Shown: positions 20,060-30,772, counted from the first letter of the stretch. The stretch is DNA of 64,000 nucleotides from Alphaproteobacteria bacterium (GCA_963665325.3 OZ224045.1:352001-416000); one strand, 5' to 3'. The notes: generated by a model from the letters alone, not told the origin. Program-made: numbers and translations.

Positions 20060-21553
20060 ATGTCGGATCGCACCGTCGATGTCGCCGTCGTGGGCGCAGG
20101 CAACGCTGCCATGTGCGCCGCCCTGGCCGCGCGCGAACAGGGAGCGAGCGTGCTCATCCTGGAACGCGCGAACGAGGAAGAGCGCGGCGGCAATTCCGCC
20201 TTCACGGCCGGCAATATCCGCACGGTCTTCAATGGCGTCGAAGACATCAAGGCGCTGGTCCCGGATCTGACCGAGGACGAAATCGCGATCACGGATTTCG
20301 GCGTCTATAGCGAGGCCGCCTTCTACGACGACATGGGCCGGATCACCGAATACCGCACCGACCCGGACATGTGCGAGCTGCTGGTGACCCGCTCGCTCGA
20401 CACCATGAAATGGATGCGGGGAAAGGGCGTCCGGTTCCTGCCGATATACGGCAAGCAGGCATTCAAGATCGACGGGCGGTTCAAGTTCTGGGGCGGCCTG
20501 GTGCTGTCGGCCTGGGGCGGCGGGCCGGGGCTGGTGGACGCGCTGCACGACTCCTGCACGCGGGAGGGCATCGAGGTCCTTTACGGCGCGCGCGCCACTG
20601 AGCTTCTGCATGGCGACGACGGCGTGAAGGGCGTGCGGGTGCGCCAGGACCGCCGGAGCTTCGAGGTGCGTGCCCGCGCTGTGGTGCTCGCGTCCGGCGG
20701 TTTCGAGGCGAACCCGGAGATGCGCACCCGCTATCTCGGCCCCGGCTGGGATGTGGCCAAGGTTCGCGGCAGCCGCTTCAACACCGGCGACGGCATCCGC
20801 ATGGCGCTCGACGCGGGCGCGCGGGCCTACGGCAACTGGTCCGGCTGCCACGCTGTCGGGTGGGACTTCAACGCGCCTGAATTCGGCGACCTCGCGGTGG
20901 GCGACAATTTCCAAAAGCACAGCTACCCCTGGGGCGTCATGGTGAATGCGGAGGGCCGGCGCTTCGTCGATGAGGGCGCGGATTTCCGCAACTACACCTA
21001 CGCGAAATACGGCCGCGTGATCCTGGGCCAGCCGGGCCAGATGGCCTGGCAGGTGTTCGACAACAAGATCATCCCGAACCTGCGCGACGAATACCGGATC
21101 CGAGAAGTCACCAAGGTCCGGGCCGACACGATAGAGGAGCTTGCGGCAAAGCTCGAAGGCGTGAATGCCGAGAACTTCCTCGCCGAAATCCGCGCTTACA
21201 ACGCCGCCGTGCGTACCGACGTCCCCTACAATCCGAACGTCAAGGACGGGCGCCGGACGGAAGGCCTCGCCGTGGACAAGACGAACTGGGCCAACACCAT
21301 CGACGAGCCGCCCTTCGAGGGCTACCAGACCACATGCGGCATCACCTTCACCTTCGGCGGGGTGCGCGTGAACGACGATGCGCAGGTGATGGACACCGAC
21401 GATATTGAGATTCCGGGCCTGTACGCTGCGGGCGAGCTGGTCGGCGGGCTGTTCTGGTTCAACTATCCGGGCGGCACCGGGCTGATGGCAGGCGCGGTCT
21501 TCGGCAAGATCGCCGGCGAGGCGGCCGGTCGGTCGGCTGTCGGCAATGAGTGA
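20060..21553 (+). CDS. tcuA: FAD-dependent tricarballylate dehydrogenase TcuA-like flavoprotein
   Basis: VVGAGNAAMCAAL, RGGNSAFTAG, FQKHSYPWG, DFRNYTYAKYG, NYPGGTGLM. Confidence 0.8.
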   Translation: MSDRTVDVAVVGAGNAAMCAALAAREQGASVLILERANEEERGGNSAFTAGNIRTVFNGVEDIKALVPDLTEDEIAITDFGVYSEAAFYDDMGRITEYRTDPDMCELLVTRSLDTMKWMRGKGVRFLPIYGKQAFKIDGRFKFWGGLVLSAWGGGPGLVDALHDSCTREGIEVLYGARATELLHGDDGVKGVRVRQDRRSFEVRARAVVLASGGFEANPEMRTRYLGPGWDVAKVRGSRFNTGDGIRMALDAGARAYGNWSGCHAVGWDFNAPEFGDLAVGDNFQKHSYPWGVMVNAEGRRFVDEGADFRNYTYAKYGRVILGQPGQMAWQVFDNKIIPNLRDEYRIREVTKVRADTIEELAAKLEGVNAENFLAEIRAYNAAVRTDVPYNPNVKDGRRTEGLAVDKTNWANTIDEPPFEGYQTTCGITFTFGGVRVNDDAQVMDTDDIEIPGLYAAGELVGGLFWFNYPGGTGLMAGAVFGKIAGEAAGRSAVGNE

Positions 21554-21602
21554 CGCATCCCGGTAGACGAACCGGCGATACCCTTTACGGAGGCTGACCC
21601 CG

Positions 21603-22175
21603 ATGGCGCGCGCGCCCTACCCTGACATCGAGACGCTGCCGGACGAGCTGCGCACTTTCGTCCAGCGCTTCGATCCGCTGATGAACGTCTTCCACATGCT
21701 GGCCCACACGGGGCCTGCGCTCCCGCATTTCATGCGGCTCGGCAATGCGATCCTGTTCAAGGGCAAGCTCGATCCCGTGCTGCGCGAAATCGCGATTCTG
21801 CGCGTCGGCCACCTGCTGGGCGCGTCTTACGAGGTCCACCAGCACAATGTCGTCGCCCGCAATGTCGGCATGGGCGAAGCGCAGATCGCGGCGGTGGAGC
21901 ATGGCGAGAACACCGAGATGTTCTCCGATCTGGAAAACCTGGCCATCCGCTTTACAGACGAAGTGACGGCCAGCGTCCGCGCAAGCGATGCGACATGGGA
22001 TGCTCTCGCCGCCCTGCTCGACCCGGGGCAGATGGCCGAACTCACTCTCGCCGTCGGGTTCTATTCGATGATCGCCGTGTTCCTTGAGAACTTCGAGGTC
22101 GAAATTGAACCCGAAGGCGTCGTAGAAGACCCGATGAAGCGCCCCAGAAAAGCAGGGGAAACCCGTCCAAGCTAG
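21603..22175 (+). CDS. Carboxymuconolactone decarboxylase/AhpD-like protein
   Basis: LREIAILRV..YEVHQH, ELTLAVGFY. Confidence 0.82.
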   Translation: MARAPYPDIETLPDELRTFVQRFDPLMNVFHMLAHTGPALPHFMRLGNAILFKGKLDPVLREIAILRVGHLLGASYEVHQHNVVARNVGMGEAQIAAVEHGENTEMFSDLENLAIRFTDEVTASVRASDATWDALAALLDPGQMAELTLAVGFYSMIAVFLENFEVEIEPEGVVEDPMKRPRKAGETRPS

Positions 22176-22191
22176 TTTCGGGAGGGAAGCC

Positions 22192-23025
22192 GTGTCCGAG
22201 TCGCGCAGCTACTACGTGCCTGGCGGGGGCCTGCCCGGACAATCGGAGCTCCTAACCGGCCGGGCGGTGTTCACGGAAGCCTATGCCGTCATTCCCAAGG
22301 ATGTGCTCCGGGATATCGTCACCAGCCTGCTGCCCCACTGGGAAAAGACCCGGGCCTGGATTCTCGCAAGGCCGCTCTCCGGCTTCGCAGAGACCTTCTC
22401 GCAATACATCGTCGAGGTGGCCCCCGGCGGCGGCAGCGACAATCCGGAACCCGATGTGGGTGCGGAAGCCGGCATTTTTGCGGTAGCCGGCTCCTTCGAG
22501 CTCCTGCTTGCGGGCCAGACCCGGCAGATCGAGGCGGGAGGGTTCGTTTATATCCCCCCGGGCGAGGCTTGGCAGCTGCGCAACCGGGGTAGAGGGAACG
22601 CGGTCTTTCACTGGATCCGCAAACGTTATGAGCCGGTCGAGGGACTTGCCATGCCCGACCCCGTCGTGACCAGCGATCGGGAGGCGCCTGCCGTCGCCAT
22701 GCCGGATACGGACGGCCGCTGGGCGACCACGCGCTTCATCGACCCCGAAGACATGCGTCACGACATGCATGTCAACATTGTCTCCTTCGAGCCCGGGGCG
22801 GTCATTCCCTTCGCCGAGACGCATATCATGGAGCACGGCCTCTATGTGCTCGAAGGAAAGGGAGTGTACCGGCTCAATCAAGACTGGGTGGAGGTCGAGG
22901 CCGGGGACTTCATGTGGCTACGCGCCTTCTGCCCCCAGGCCTGCTATGCGGGCGGCCCCGGCCCGTTTCGCTATCTGCTCTACAAGGATGTGAACCGCCA
23001 TCCCCGGCTTGTGCCGCTGCTGTAG
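22192..23025 (+). CDS. allE: (S)-ureidoglycine aminohydrolase (bicupin)
   Basis: DIVTSLLP, ETFSQY, ETHIMEHGLYVLEG, YLLYKDVNRH; within purine catabolism cluster. Confidence 0.88.
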   Translation: MSESRSYYVPGGGLPGQSELLTGRAVFTEAYAVIPKDVLRDIVTSLLPHWEKTRAWILARPLSGFAETFSQYIVEVAPGGGSDNPEPDVGAEAGIFAVAGSFELLLAGQTRQIEAGGFVYIPPGEAWQLRNRGRGNAVFHWIRKRYEPVEGLAMPDPVVTSDREAPAVAMPDTDGRWATTRFIDPEDMRHDMHVNIVSFEPGAVIPFAETHIMEHGLYVLEGKGVYRLNQDWVEVEAGDFMWLRAFCPQACYAGGPGPFRYLLYKDVNRHPRLVPLL

Positions 23026-23043
23026 AGCTATCGGGCAGCGCTA

Positions 23044-24273
23044 TTACCGACTTTCCTCGTACCAAGCAGCGATCAGTCGGCGCTCCCCGTCTTCCATGGC
23101 GGCCAGATTCCCGGGGGGCATGGCGCGCGATCTGCCGGCCTGGAGGTAGATGAGGCGGGCGTTCCGCAAGAGCTGTTCGTCGGTCTCGAGAACAATGCCC
23201 TTCGGCGGGCGATGAATCCCCTCCCAGACCGGCTCCTCCGCGTGGCAGACGAGGCAGCGGGTGAGCACGGCTTCCTGCACCGCTTCGAAGTGAGGCGAGG
23301 CGGCCAGACGGCGTTCTGACGGAGAGAGCGCGGCCGCACCGTTGCCCGAGCCTGTAAGGACCGCCGGCATGGTCGAGAGCCAGACGATCACGGCAAACAG
23401 CACCGCAGCGGCAATCCACGGCCAAATCCGATGACCCTTCCGCGCATGCACATTGTTGAAATAGACCCGGATCAGCACGCCCATCAGGAAAATCAGCGAT
23501 GCAATTACCCAGCTGTATTCGGTCGCGAATGCCAGCGGATAGTGGTTCGACAGCATCAGAAAGATGACTGGCAGCGTCAGGTAGTTGTTATGGGTCGAAC
23601 GCTGATTGGCGATCCTGCCGTATTTGGCGTCCGGCGTTCGCCCTGCCTTCAGGTCCTCGGTCACGATGCGCTGGTTGGGAATGATGACCAGGAACACGTT
23701 GGCGCTCATGATCGTTGCCGTGATCGAGCCCAGATGCACGAAGGCGGCCCGCCCGGTAAAGACTTGGGAAAAGCCCCACGCCATGGCCACCAGAACGACA
23801 TACAGGAACAGCATCAGCCGCGTATTGTCGTCCCCGAACCGGCTCTTGCAGATCAGGTCGTAGGCGAACCAGCCGACGACGATAGAGGCGACGGAAATGG
23901 CAATTGCCGCCTCGTTCGACAGCTCCATGACCTCGTTGTCGACAAGGTAGAATTCCGGGTGGGCGTAATAGAGCACGCACAAGAGGGCAAAGCCGGAAAC
24001 CCAGGTCGCGTAGCTCTCCCATTTGAACCAGGTCAGGTGCTCCGGCAGTTCCGGTGGAGCGACCATGTATTTGCGGACATGGTAGAAGCCGCCGCCATGC
24101 ACCTGCCATTCCTCCCCGTTTACCCCTTCGGGGAGGCCCGGATGGCGGCGAAGACCGAGGTCGAGCGCGATGAAGTAGAACGAGGTGCCGATCCACACGA
24201 TGGCGGTCGTCACATGCGCCCATCGCACGGCGAATTCGAGCCATTCGCCCAGAATGGGAAGCAGCCCCTCCAT
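23044..24273 (-). CDS. puuD: Urate hydroxylase PuuD (membrane protein with cytochrome c domain)
   Basis: RWAHV, WQVHGGGFYH, WFKWESY, RSTHNNYLTLP, CLVCH heme motif, MPPGN; TGATG coupling to xdhB. Confidence 0.92.
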   Translation of the reverse strand: MEGLLPILGEWLEFAVRWAHVTTAIVWIGTSFYFIALDLGLRRHPGLPEGVNGEEWQVHGGGFYHVRKYMVAPPELPEHLTWFKWESYATWVSGFALLCVLYYAHPEFYLVDNEVMELSNEAAIAISVASIVVGWFAYDLICKSRFGDDNTRLMLFLYVVLVAMAWGFSQVFTGRAAFVHLGSITATIMSANVFLVIIPNQRIVTEDLKAGRTPDAKYGRIANQRSTHNNYLTLPVIFLMLSNHYPLAFATEYSWVIASLIFLMGVLIRVYFNNVHARKGHRIWPWIAAAVLFAVIVWLSTMPAVLTGSGNGAAALSPSERRLAASPHFEAVQEAVLTRCLVCHAEEPVWEGIHRPPKGIVLETDEQLLRNARLIYLQAGRSRAMPPGNLAAMEDGERRLIAAWYEESR

Positions 24274-26582
24274 CACCCGGTTCCCTCCCGCTTCAGCCGC
24301 TCGATGGCAAGCAGCAGACGCTCGGGCGTCGCCGGCGTGTCGAGCTTCGGGCAGTGCCGGTAGCCGGCAGTACTGGCGACAGCCATCGACAGCGCCTCGA
24401 CGACGGACGCGCACAACAGCAATGGCGGCTCGCCGATGGCCTTGGACCGGCCGATGGTGGGCTTGGCGTTCTCGGACCAGTCGGCGAGATGCACGTTGAA
24501 GACGGGCGGACAGTCCGAGGCTAGCGGTATCTTGTAGGTGGAAGGCGCATGGGTACGGAGCCGCCCCTCGCCGTCCCACCAGAGTTCTTCCGTCGTGACC
24601 CACCCCATGCCCTGGATGAAGCCGCCCTCTACCTGCCCGAGGTCGATGGCCGGATTGAGCGACCGGCCCGCGTCGTGAAGGATATCGACCCGCAAGACGC
24701 GGTATTCCCCGGTCAGTGTATCGACTTCGACTTCGGTCACGCCTGCGCTGTAGGCGAAGTAGTAGAAGGGCTGGCCGCGCCCGGCGGCACGGTCCCAGTG
24801 GATTTCCGGAGTGCGGTAGAAGCCCGTCGCCGAGAGCTGGACCCTGGCCATGTAGGCCGCCTCGACGAGTTCGGCGAAGGCGATGTCCTGGTTGCCGATC
24901 CGGACCCTGCCCGCTTCGAAGGCGACCTGGCCCGGTTCGACATTCCAGTGTTCGGCCGCGAAGGCGACAAGGCGACGCCTGATCGTCTCGGCCCCTTCGA
25001 AGGCCGCCATGCCGTTCAGGTCCGAGCCCGTGGAGGCCGCAGTCGGTGACGTGTTCGGTACCTTGCCGGTGCTTGTGGCGGTGATCTGGACGCGGTCGAG
25101 ACCGACCTGGAAGCAGTCGGCGACCACCGAGGCGACCTTGATGAAGAGCCCCTGCCCCATCTCCGTGCCGCCGTGGTTCAGGTGTATGGAACCGTCGCGA
25201 TAGACGTGCACCAGCGCGCCGGCCTGATTCATCCATGTTGCGGTAAAGGAAACGCCGAACTTGACCGGCGTGAGCGCGATGCCCCTGCGCAGGATTCCGC
25301 CCCGGGCGTTGAAGTCCAGAACCGCCTGGCGACGCGATGCATAGTCGGCGCGCTCTTCGATTTCTCTGACGAGCCGCGGGACGATGTTATCCTCGACCGG
25401 CTGGTGGTAGGGCGTCAGGTTCCTGCCGGGGCCGCCATAGAGATTGGCCTTGCGGATATCGAGCGATGGGCGGCCGGTACTGTACGCGACCTCCTCGATA
25501 ATCCGTTCGGCGGTAATCACGCCCTGGGGCGCACCGAAGCCGCGAAAGGCGGTATTGGAAACGGTGTTGGTGCGCATGGGCCGCGAGCGCAGCCTGACGG
25601 CCGGAAAGAAATAGGCGTTGTCGGCGTGGAAGAGTGCGCGGTCCGCGACCGCTCCCGAGAGGTCGGCGGAGAACCCGCAACGAGCCGTCAACACGGCGTC
25701 CACGGCGAGGATGCGCCCGTCATCGTCGAACCCGACATCGTAGTCGACGCGAAATTCGTGGCGCTTGCCGGTCGCGGTCATGTCGTCGTCCCGGTCGGGC
25801 CGCAGCTTGACCGCCTGCCCGAATTTCCGGGCCGCAAGCGCGGCGACGGCAGCAAACAGGTTCGACTGGGTCTCCTTGCCACCGAAGCCGCCACCCATTC
25901 GGCGCACGGTCACCGTAACCGCGCTCGACGGGACCCCGAGCACGTGGGCAACCATATGCTGCACTTCGCTCGGATGCTGGGTCGACGACACAACCCGGAC
26001 TTCGCTGTCCTCCCCGGGCATGGCGAGCGCGATATGGCCTTCGAGATAGAAGTGATCCTGCCCGCCCGTTCGCATCGTGCCCCGCAGGCGGCGGGGCGCC
26101 GCGCGAAGGGCGGGCTCGACATCTCCTCTCGCCAGCGTCAGCGGCTCCGATACGGCATCGACCGCCTCATCCGCGTCGATAACGGCCGGCCGCTTCTCAT
26201 GGACGACCCTGGCGAAGCGCGCGGCTTTCCGTGCCTCCGCCCGTGTCCTCGCAACGACTGCGAATATGGGCTGGCCGAAAAAGGAAACGACCTTATCGGC
26301 AAACACCGGGTCATCGCCGGCCCCGGTGGGGCTGATGTCGTTTTCCCCGGGGATGTCCGCGGCCGTCAGCACGCCGACCACCCCCGGTGCGGCGCAAACC
26401 GCCGACAGGTCGATCTCCGCAATACCGGCATGGGCCGCCGTCGAGAGGCCGAGATAGGCATGCAACATGCCGGCCGGCTCGACAATGTCGTCGGCATAGG
26501 CGGCAAGTCCCGTCACATGCTTGGCAGCGGAGTCGTGCCGCCAGGCGCGGTGCATGTGCTCGCGGGTTGCGGGTCCGGTCAT
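24273..26582 (-). CDS. xdhB: Xanthine dehydrogenase molybdopterin-binding subunit
   Basis: HDSAAKHVTG, QDHFYLE, RRMGGGFGGKETQ, AFRGFG, SKAIGEPP. Confidence 0.95.
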   Translation of the reverse strand: MTGPATREHMHRAWRHDSAAKHVTGLAAYADDIVEPAGMLHAYLGLSTAAHAGIAEIDLSAVCAAPGVVGVLTAADIPGENDISPTGAGDDPVFADKVVSFFGQPIFAVVARTRAEARKAARFARVVHEKRPAVIDADEAVDAVSEPLTLARGDVEPALRAAPRRLRGTMRTGGQDHFYLEGHIALAMPGEDSEVRVVSSTQHPSEVQHMVAHVLGVPSSAVTVTVRRMGGGFGGKETQSNLFAAVAALAARKFGQAVKLRPDRDDDMTATGKRHEFRVDYDVGFDDDGRILAVDAVLTARCGFSADLSGAVADRALFHADNAYFFPAVRLRSRPMRTNTVSNTAFRGFGAPQGVITAERIIEEVAYSTGRPSLDIRKANLYGGPGRNLTPYHQPVEDNIVPRLVREIEERADYASRRQAVLDFNARGGILRRGIALTPVKFGVSFTATWMNQAGALVHVYRDGSIHLNHGGTEMGQGLFIKVASVVADCFQVGLDRVQITATSTGKVPNTSPTAASTGSDLNGMAAFEGAETIRRRLVAFAAEHWNVEPGQVAFEAGRVRIGNQDIAFAELVEAAYMARVQLSATGFYRTPEIHWDRAAGRGQPFYYFAYSAGVTEVEVDTLTGEYRVLRVDILHDAGRSLNPAIDLGQVEGGFIQGMGWVTTEELWWDGEGRLRTHAPSTYKIPLASDCPPVFNVHLADWSENAKPTIGRSKAIGEPPLLLCASVVEALSMAVASTAGYRHCPKLDTPATPERLLLAIERLKREGTG

Positions 26583-28018
26583 GGCGAACCCGCCGGCGAC
26601 CGGTCCAGGTAGAAGCGGGTCAGCAGGTTCCGGGCGACCAGCGCCCGGTATTCCGCCGATGCGCGCCAGTCGGAAATCGGCGTGAAGTCGCGGTCCAGCG
26701 CCTGCCGGGCGGCTTCGACCGCCGGTTCGTCCCAATTCCTGCCGCACAGCGCGGCTTCGCCCGCCCTGGCTCGCTTCGGCGTCGCTGCCATGCCGCCGAA
26801 GGCGAGCCGCGCATCCTCGATGCAACCGTCCCGGACGCGAACCATGAAACCGGCGCAGACCGAAGAGATGTCCTCGTCGCGGCGCTTGGAGACTTTGTAG
26901 AAGCCAAGACAGGCATCTGCTGGCGGTCTTGGCACCCGCACCGCTTCCACGAACTCGCCGGGAGCAAGGTCCTGGCGACCATAGTCGATAAAATAGTCCT
27001 CCAGCGGGATGGTGCGCCGCTCCGCGCCGCGGCGCAGGACAAGCTCCGCCCCAAGCGCGATCAGGACGGGCGGCAGGTCGGCGATGGGCGAGCCGTTGGC
27101 GATATTGCCGCCGACCGTGCCCATATTGCGTATCTGCCAGCCGCCGATCCGGCTCCAGTAATCCGCGAGGCCCGGCACTGCCGCCGTCAGCGCGGCTTCC
27201 ACATCCGAATAGGACGCCGCAGCGCCGATCTCGATTGCCTCGTCGTTCACTTCTATCCGGCATAGTCCGTCCAGATGTCCGATGAACACCGCCGGTACGA
27301 TGTCCCGCATGTCCTTGTTGATCCACACGCCGACATCGGTCGCTCCGGCGACGACGGTGGCCGCCGGTCCCGATGCCAGCACTTCCGCGAGATCGTCCTC
27401 ATCGGCAGGAACGACCACGCTGCCGCCGCCCAGCTCCACTCGGCGTCCGTCCGCCAACACCGCGAGGCGCGAGCCGACCGCGCCGCGGTTCTGCACGAGC
27501 CCGTCGTCTTCCGGCAGGCCGTAATCGGCGGCGGCGGCGGCGGCCCGCAGGATCGGCGCGTAGCCGGTACAACGGCAGAGATTTCCCTGAAGAGCCTTTC
27601 GGACTTCGGCGTCCGTCGGCCTCGGCCGTTCCAGCCACAGCGCGTAAAGCGCCATGACGATGCCGGGCGTGCAGAAACCGCACTGGCTGCCGTGGCAATC
27701 GACCATGGCCTGCTGAACGGGATGCAGGCCGCCATTCGGCCCGGACAGATGCTCGACGGTGACGACATGGCATCCGTCCAGGCTCGGCAGGAGCCGGATG
27801 CAACTGTTGACGACCTCGTAGCGGACATCCCCGTCCCGCAACCGGCCCACCATCACCGTGCAGGCGCCGCAATCGCCTTCGGCGCATCCTTCCTTCGTGC
27901 CGCGCAGACCGCGGCGGAGCCTCAGGAATTCGAGCAGGCTGTCGCCCGCGCCGGCATCGCCGAGCGCCACCTCCTCGTCATTGAGCAGGAACCGGAGTTC
28001 GCGCCGCACTGCGGTCAT
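26579..28018 (-). CDS. xdhA: Xanthine dehydrogenase small subunit (2Fe-2S/FAD)
   Basis: GTKEGCAEGDCGACT, SQCGFCTPG, GNLCRCTGY, KVSKRRDEDIS. Confidence 0.95.
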   Translation of the reverse strand: MTAVRRELRFLLNDEEVALGDAGAGDSLLEFLRLRRGLRGTKEGCAEGDCGACTVMVGRLRDGDVRYEVVNSCIRLLPSLDGCHVVTVEHLSGPNGGLHPVQQAMVDCHGSQCGFCTPGIVMALYALWLERPRPTDAEVRKALQGNLCRCTGYAPILRAAAAAADYGLPEDDGLVQNRGAVGSRLAVLADGRRVELGGGSVVVPADEDDLAEVLASGPAATVVAGATDVGVWINKDMRDIVPAVFIGHLDGLCRIEVNDEAIEIGAAASYSDVEAALTAAVPGLADYWSRIGGWQIRNMGTVGGNIANGSPIADLPPVLIALGAELVLRRGAERRTIPLEDYFIDYGRQDLAPGEFVEAVRVPRPPADACLGFYKVSKRRDEDISSVCAGFMVRVRDGCIEDARLAFGGMAATPKRARAGEAALCGRNWDEPAVEAARQALDRDFTPISDWRASAEYRALVARNLLTRFYLDRSPAGSP

Positions 28019-28021
28019 GTC

Positions 28022-28375
28022 CTAGCTGCCCCGATAGGTTGAATAGCCGAACGGCGAGAGCAGCAGCGGTACATGGTAGTTGGCCCCGGCATCCGCAATG
28101 CCGAAGCGCACCGGCACCGTATCGAGGAACGGCGTGTCTGCGCCCGCCGCCGCGCGATGATAGGCGCCCGCATCGAACTCGATCTCGTAGACGCCGGGCG
28201 CGAACGCCTCGCCTTTCAACAGCGGCTCGTCGGTCCGCCCGTCGGCATTGGTGACGGTGACCCCCAGCAGGCTCCGGTTGCCCGCCTCCAGCCTGTAGAG
28301 CCTAAGCGCCAGCCCTGCGGCGGGGCGGCCGAGCGCTGTGTCCAAGACATGAGTGGTCAGCCGACCGTCGGGCAT
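28022..28375 (-). CDS. uraH: 5-hydroxyisourate hydrolase
   Basis: [32 protein letters not shown]. Confidence 0.96.
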   Translation of the reverse strand: MPDGRLTTHVLDTALGRPAAGLALRLYRLEAGNRSLLGVTVTNADGRTDEPLLKGEAFAPGVYEIEFDAGAYHRAAAGADTPFLDTVPVRFGIADAGANYHVPLLLSPFGYSTYRGS

Positions 28376-28504
28376 GCGCGCCCCCTCGGACTCGTTCGGA
28401 GCCTTCCTGTCGGGAGGCAGTATCCTTGCACGCTAGCAATCCGCATTTTTACAATCAACACAGCTAGGGATTATCAAAAAATGGTTGGCAGGACGGAGAA
28501 AGCA

Positions 28505-29923
28505 ATGCTGCGCTATCCTAGAGACCTGCAAGGTTACGGCGCCGAGCCGCCCGATCCGAAGTGGCCCGGCGGCGCACGCATCGCCGTTCAGTTCGTCATC
28601 AACTACGAGGAAGGTGGCGAGAACTGTATCCTGCACGGAGACCCGGCCTCGGAGGCGTTCCTCTCCGAGATCGTGGGTGCAGCGCCTTGGCCCGGCCAGC
28701 GTCACTGGAACATGGAGTCTATCTACGAATATGGCGCGCGGGCCGGTTTTTGGCGCCTTCACCGGCTGTTCACCGGCCACGGCATCCCGGTCACGGTCTA
28801 TGGCGTGGCAACCGCCCTGGCGCGCTCGCCGGCGCAGGTTGCGGCCATGCAGTCCGCCGGTTGGGAGATCGCCAGCCACGGCCTCAAATGGATCGAATAC
28901 CGGGACATGGCGCCCGAGAGGGAGCGCGAAGACCTGGAGCACGCTATCCGCCTGCACGAGGAAGTGACGGGAGAACGACCCCGCGGCTGGTACACCGGGC
29001 GGTGTTCTGCGAATACCGTTGCGCTTGCCGCAGAGGAAGGCGGTTTCGACTATATTGCAGATGTTTATGCAGACGATCTGCCCTACTGGGTCCGCATCGG
29101 CGCACGCGACCAGCTGATGGTTCCCTACACGCTGGACGCCAACGACATGCGGTTCGCCGTAGCCCAGGGCTTCAATTCCGGCGACCAGTTCTTCGCTTAT
29201 CTGCGCGACAGCTTCGACGCCCTCTATGCCGAGGGCGAAGCCGGCAGCCCGAAAATGCTATCGGTCGGCCTGCATTGCCGGCTCGTCGGACGCCCCGGCC
29301 GCATCATGGCGCTGAAGCGGTTCGTCGAATATGCGGAGGGGCACGAGGCCGTCTGGTTCGCCCGGCGCATCGACATCGCCCGCCACTGGCGAGCCGAGCA
29401 TCCGCCTCCATCAGCGCGAGAGCGACCGTCGTCCATGGACCGCGAATCCTTCGTTTCCAGCTTCGGCGGTGTCTTCGAGCATTCGCCCTGGATCGCGGAA
29501 CGCGCCTGGGAGGATGAACTCGGGCCGGCCCACGACACGGCTGTCGGCCTGCATAGCGCGCTGACGAGGAAATTTCGCTCCGCATCCGAGGCGGAGCGGC
29601 TTGGCGTGCTGAAGGCGCATCCGGACCTGGCGGGAAGGCTGGCGGCTGCGCGCCGCTTGACCGAGGCATCGGCGGCGGAACAGGCATCCGCCGGTCTGGA
29701 CGCGCTGACCGACGCCGACCGTGCTCGCTTCACCGAATTGAACGGCGCCTACACGGCCAAGCACGGCTTTCCGTTCATCATCGCCGTGCGCGACCATGAC
29801 CGTGCGGGCATCCTGCAGGCCTTCGAACGACGCTTGGCGAACGACTCTCCCGCCGAGTTCGCCGAAGCCTGCCGGCAGGTCGAACGGATCGCAGGACTGC
29901 GCCTCTCGGAGATGCTCGACTAG
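28505..29923 (+). CDS. puuE: Allantoinase PuuE fused to OHCU decarboxylase (UraD) domain
   Basis: RYPRDL.GYG, NYEEGGE, ESIYEYG, LHCRLVGRPGR; C-terminal FEHSPW..HPDLA..EQASAGL..GFPFIIAV. Confidence 0.92.
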   Translation: MLRYPRDLQGYGAEPPDPKWPGGARIAVQFVINYEEGGENCILHGDPASEAFLSEIVGAAPWPGQRHWNMESIYEYGARAGFWRLHRLFTGHGIPVTVYGVATALARSPAQVAAMQSAGWEIASHGLKWIEYRDMAPEREREDLEHAIRLHEEVTGERPRGWYTGRCSANTVALAAEEGGFDYIADVYADDLPYWVRIGARDQLMVPYTLDANDMRFAVAQGFNSGDQFFAYLRDSFDALYAEGEAGSPKMLSVGLHCRLVGRPGRIMALKRFVEYAEGHEAVWFARRIDIARHWRAEHPPPSARERPSSMDRESFVSSFGGVFEHSPWIAERAWEDELGPAHDTAVGLHSALTRKFRSASEAERLGVLKAHPDLAGRLAAARRLTEASAAEQASAGLDALTDADRARFTELNGAYTAKHGFPFIIAVRDHDRAGILQAFERRLANDSPAEFAEACRQVERIAGLRLSEMLD

Positions 29924-30767
29924 GGTCTGTACTCGATTAGGGGATTCCGACAGAGTCTGGAATGTGATTCAAGTTTCCAAACGATATGGAGGTTTGAATG
30001 GCGCGGACGCTGTTTTGGTTGAGCGAGGAGGAATGGACACGGATCGAACCTTGGCTTCCTCATGGTCGTCGCGGCGCACACCGGGTTGATGACCGCCGGG
30101 TGATCTCTGGGATTGTCCACATGTTGAAGACCGGAGCGCGCTGGCGGGATTGTCCGGCGGAGTATGGCCCCTATACGACGATCTACAATCGGTTCAACCG
30201 GTGGAGCAAACAGGGTGTGTGGGAGGATGTGTTCTACGCCCTGTCGGGCTCAAGTGGCGTGATCAGCACGACCGCTGTCGATTCCACCCACGTAAAGGCT
30301 CACCGTTCGGCTGCCGGCGCAAAAGGGGGGAATATGAACACGCGATCGGACGATCTCGCGGCGGACGGACGACCAAGATTCACGCCCTGACCGATGAGGC
30401 CGGCCGGCCCGTGGCATTCACCCTTACGCCCGGCCAGGCCCACGATCTTGCCGGGGTCGGGGCTCTCCTGAAGCAGGTCCCCGCACCAAAGCGATTGATC
30501 GCCGACAGGGCCTACGATGCCCGCAAGTTCCGTAACTGGCTCACCGACCGCGGCTGCGAACCGGTGATACCGCCCCAGTCCACGCGGAAGAACCCGCACT
30601 CCTTCGACGCCACAGCCTACAAGCTCCGTAACCGCATCGAGCGTATGTTCTGTCGCCTCAAAGACTTTCGCCGTATCGCAACCCGCTACGACAAACGCGC
30701 CGATACATTCTTGTCGGCCGTCTTCATCGCCGCAACTCTCGCCTGGTGGGCCAATTGAGTCCCGACC
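29924..30767 (+). mobile_element. IS5-family insertion sequence (IS427-like, two-ORF frameshift type), 844 bp
   Basis: CTAG on both flanks (29920-29923, 30768-30771); imperfect terminal IRs GGTCTGTACTCGATTAG vs GGTCGGGACTCAATTGG (reverse complement of right end); DDE transposase inside. Confidence 0.93.
29998..30758 (+). CDS. IS5-family transposase, orfA (29998-30390) joined to orfB (ends 30758) by -1 frameshift
   Basis: LSEEEW..WRDCP..YNRFNRW; D (AVDST), D (ADRAYD), E (RNRIERMF); slippery AAAAGGGGGG at 30321-30330. Confidence 0.9.
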
Positions 30768-30772
30768 CTAGC

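Noticed and set aside
28505-29923. PuuE-UraD fusion as a novelty
   Set aside because: Already known in Alphaproteobacteria
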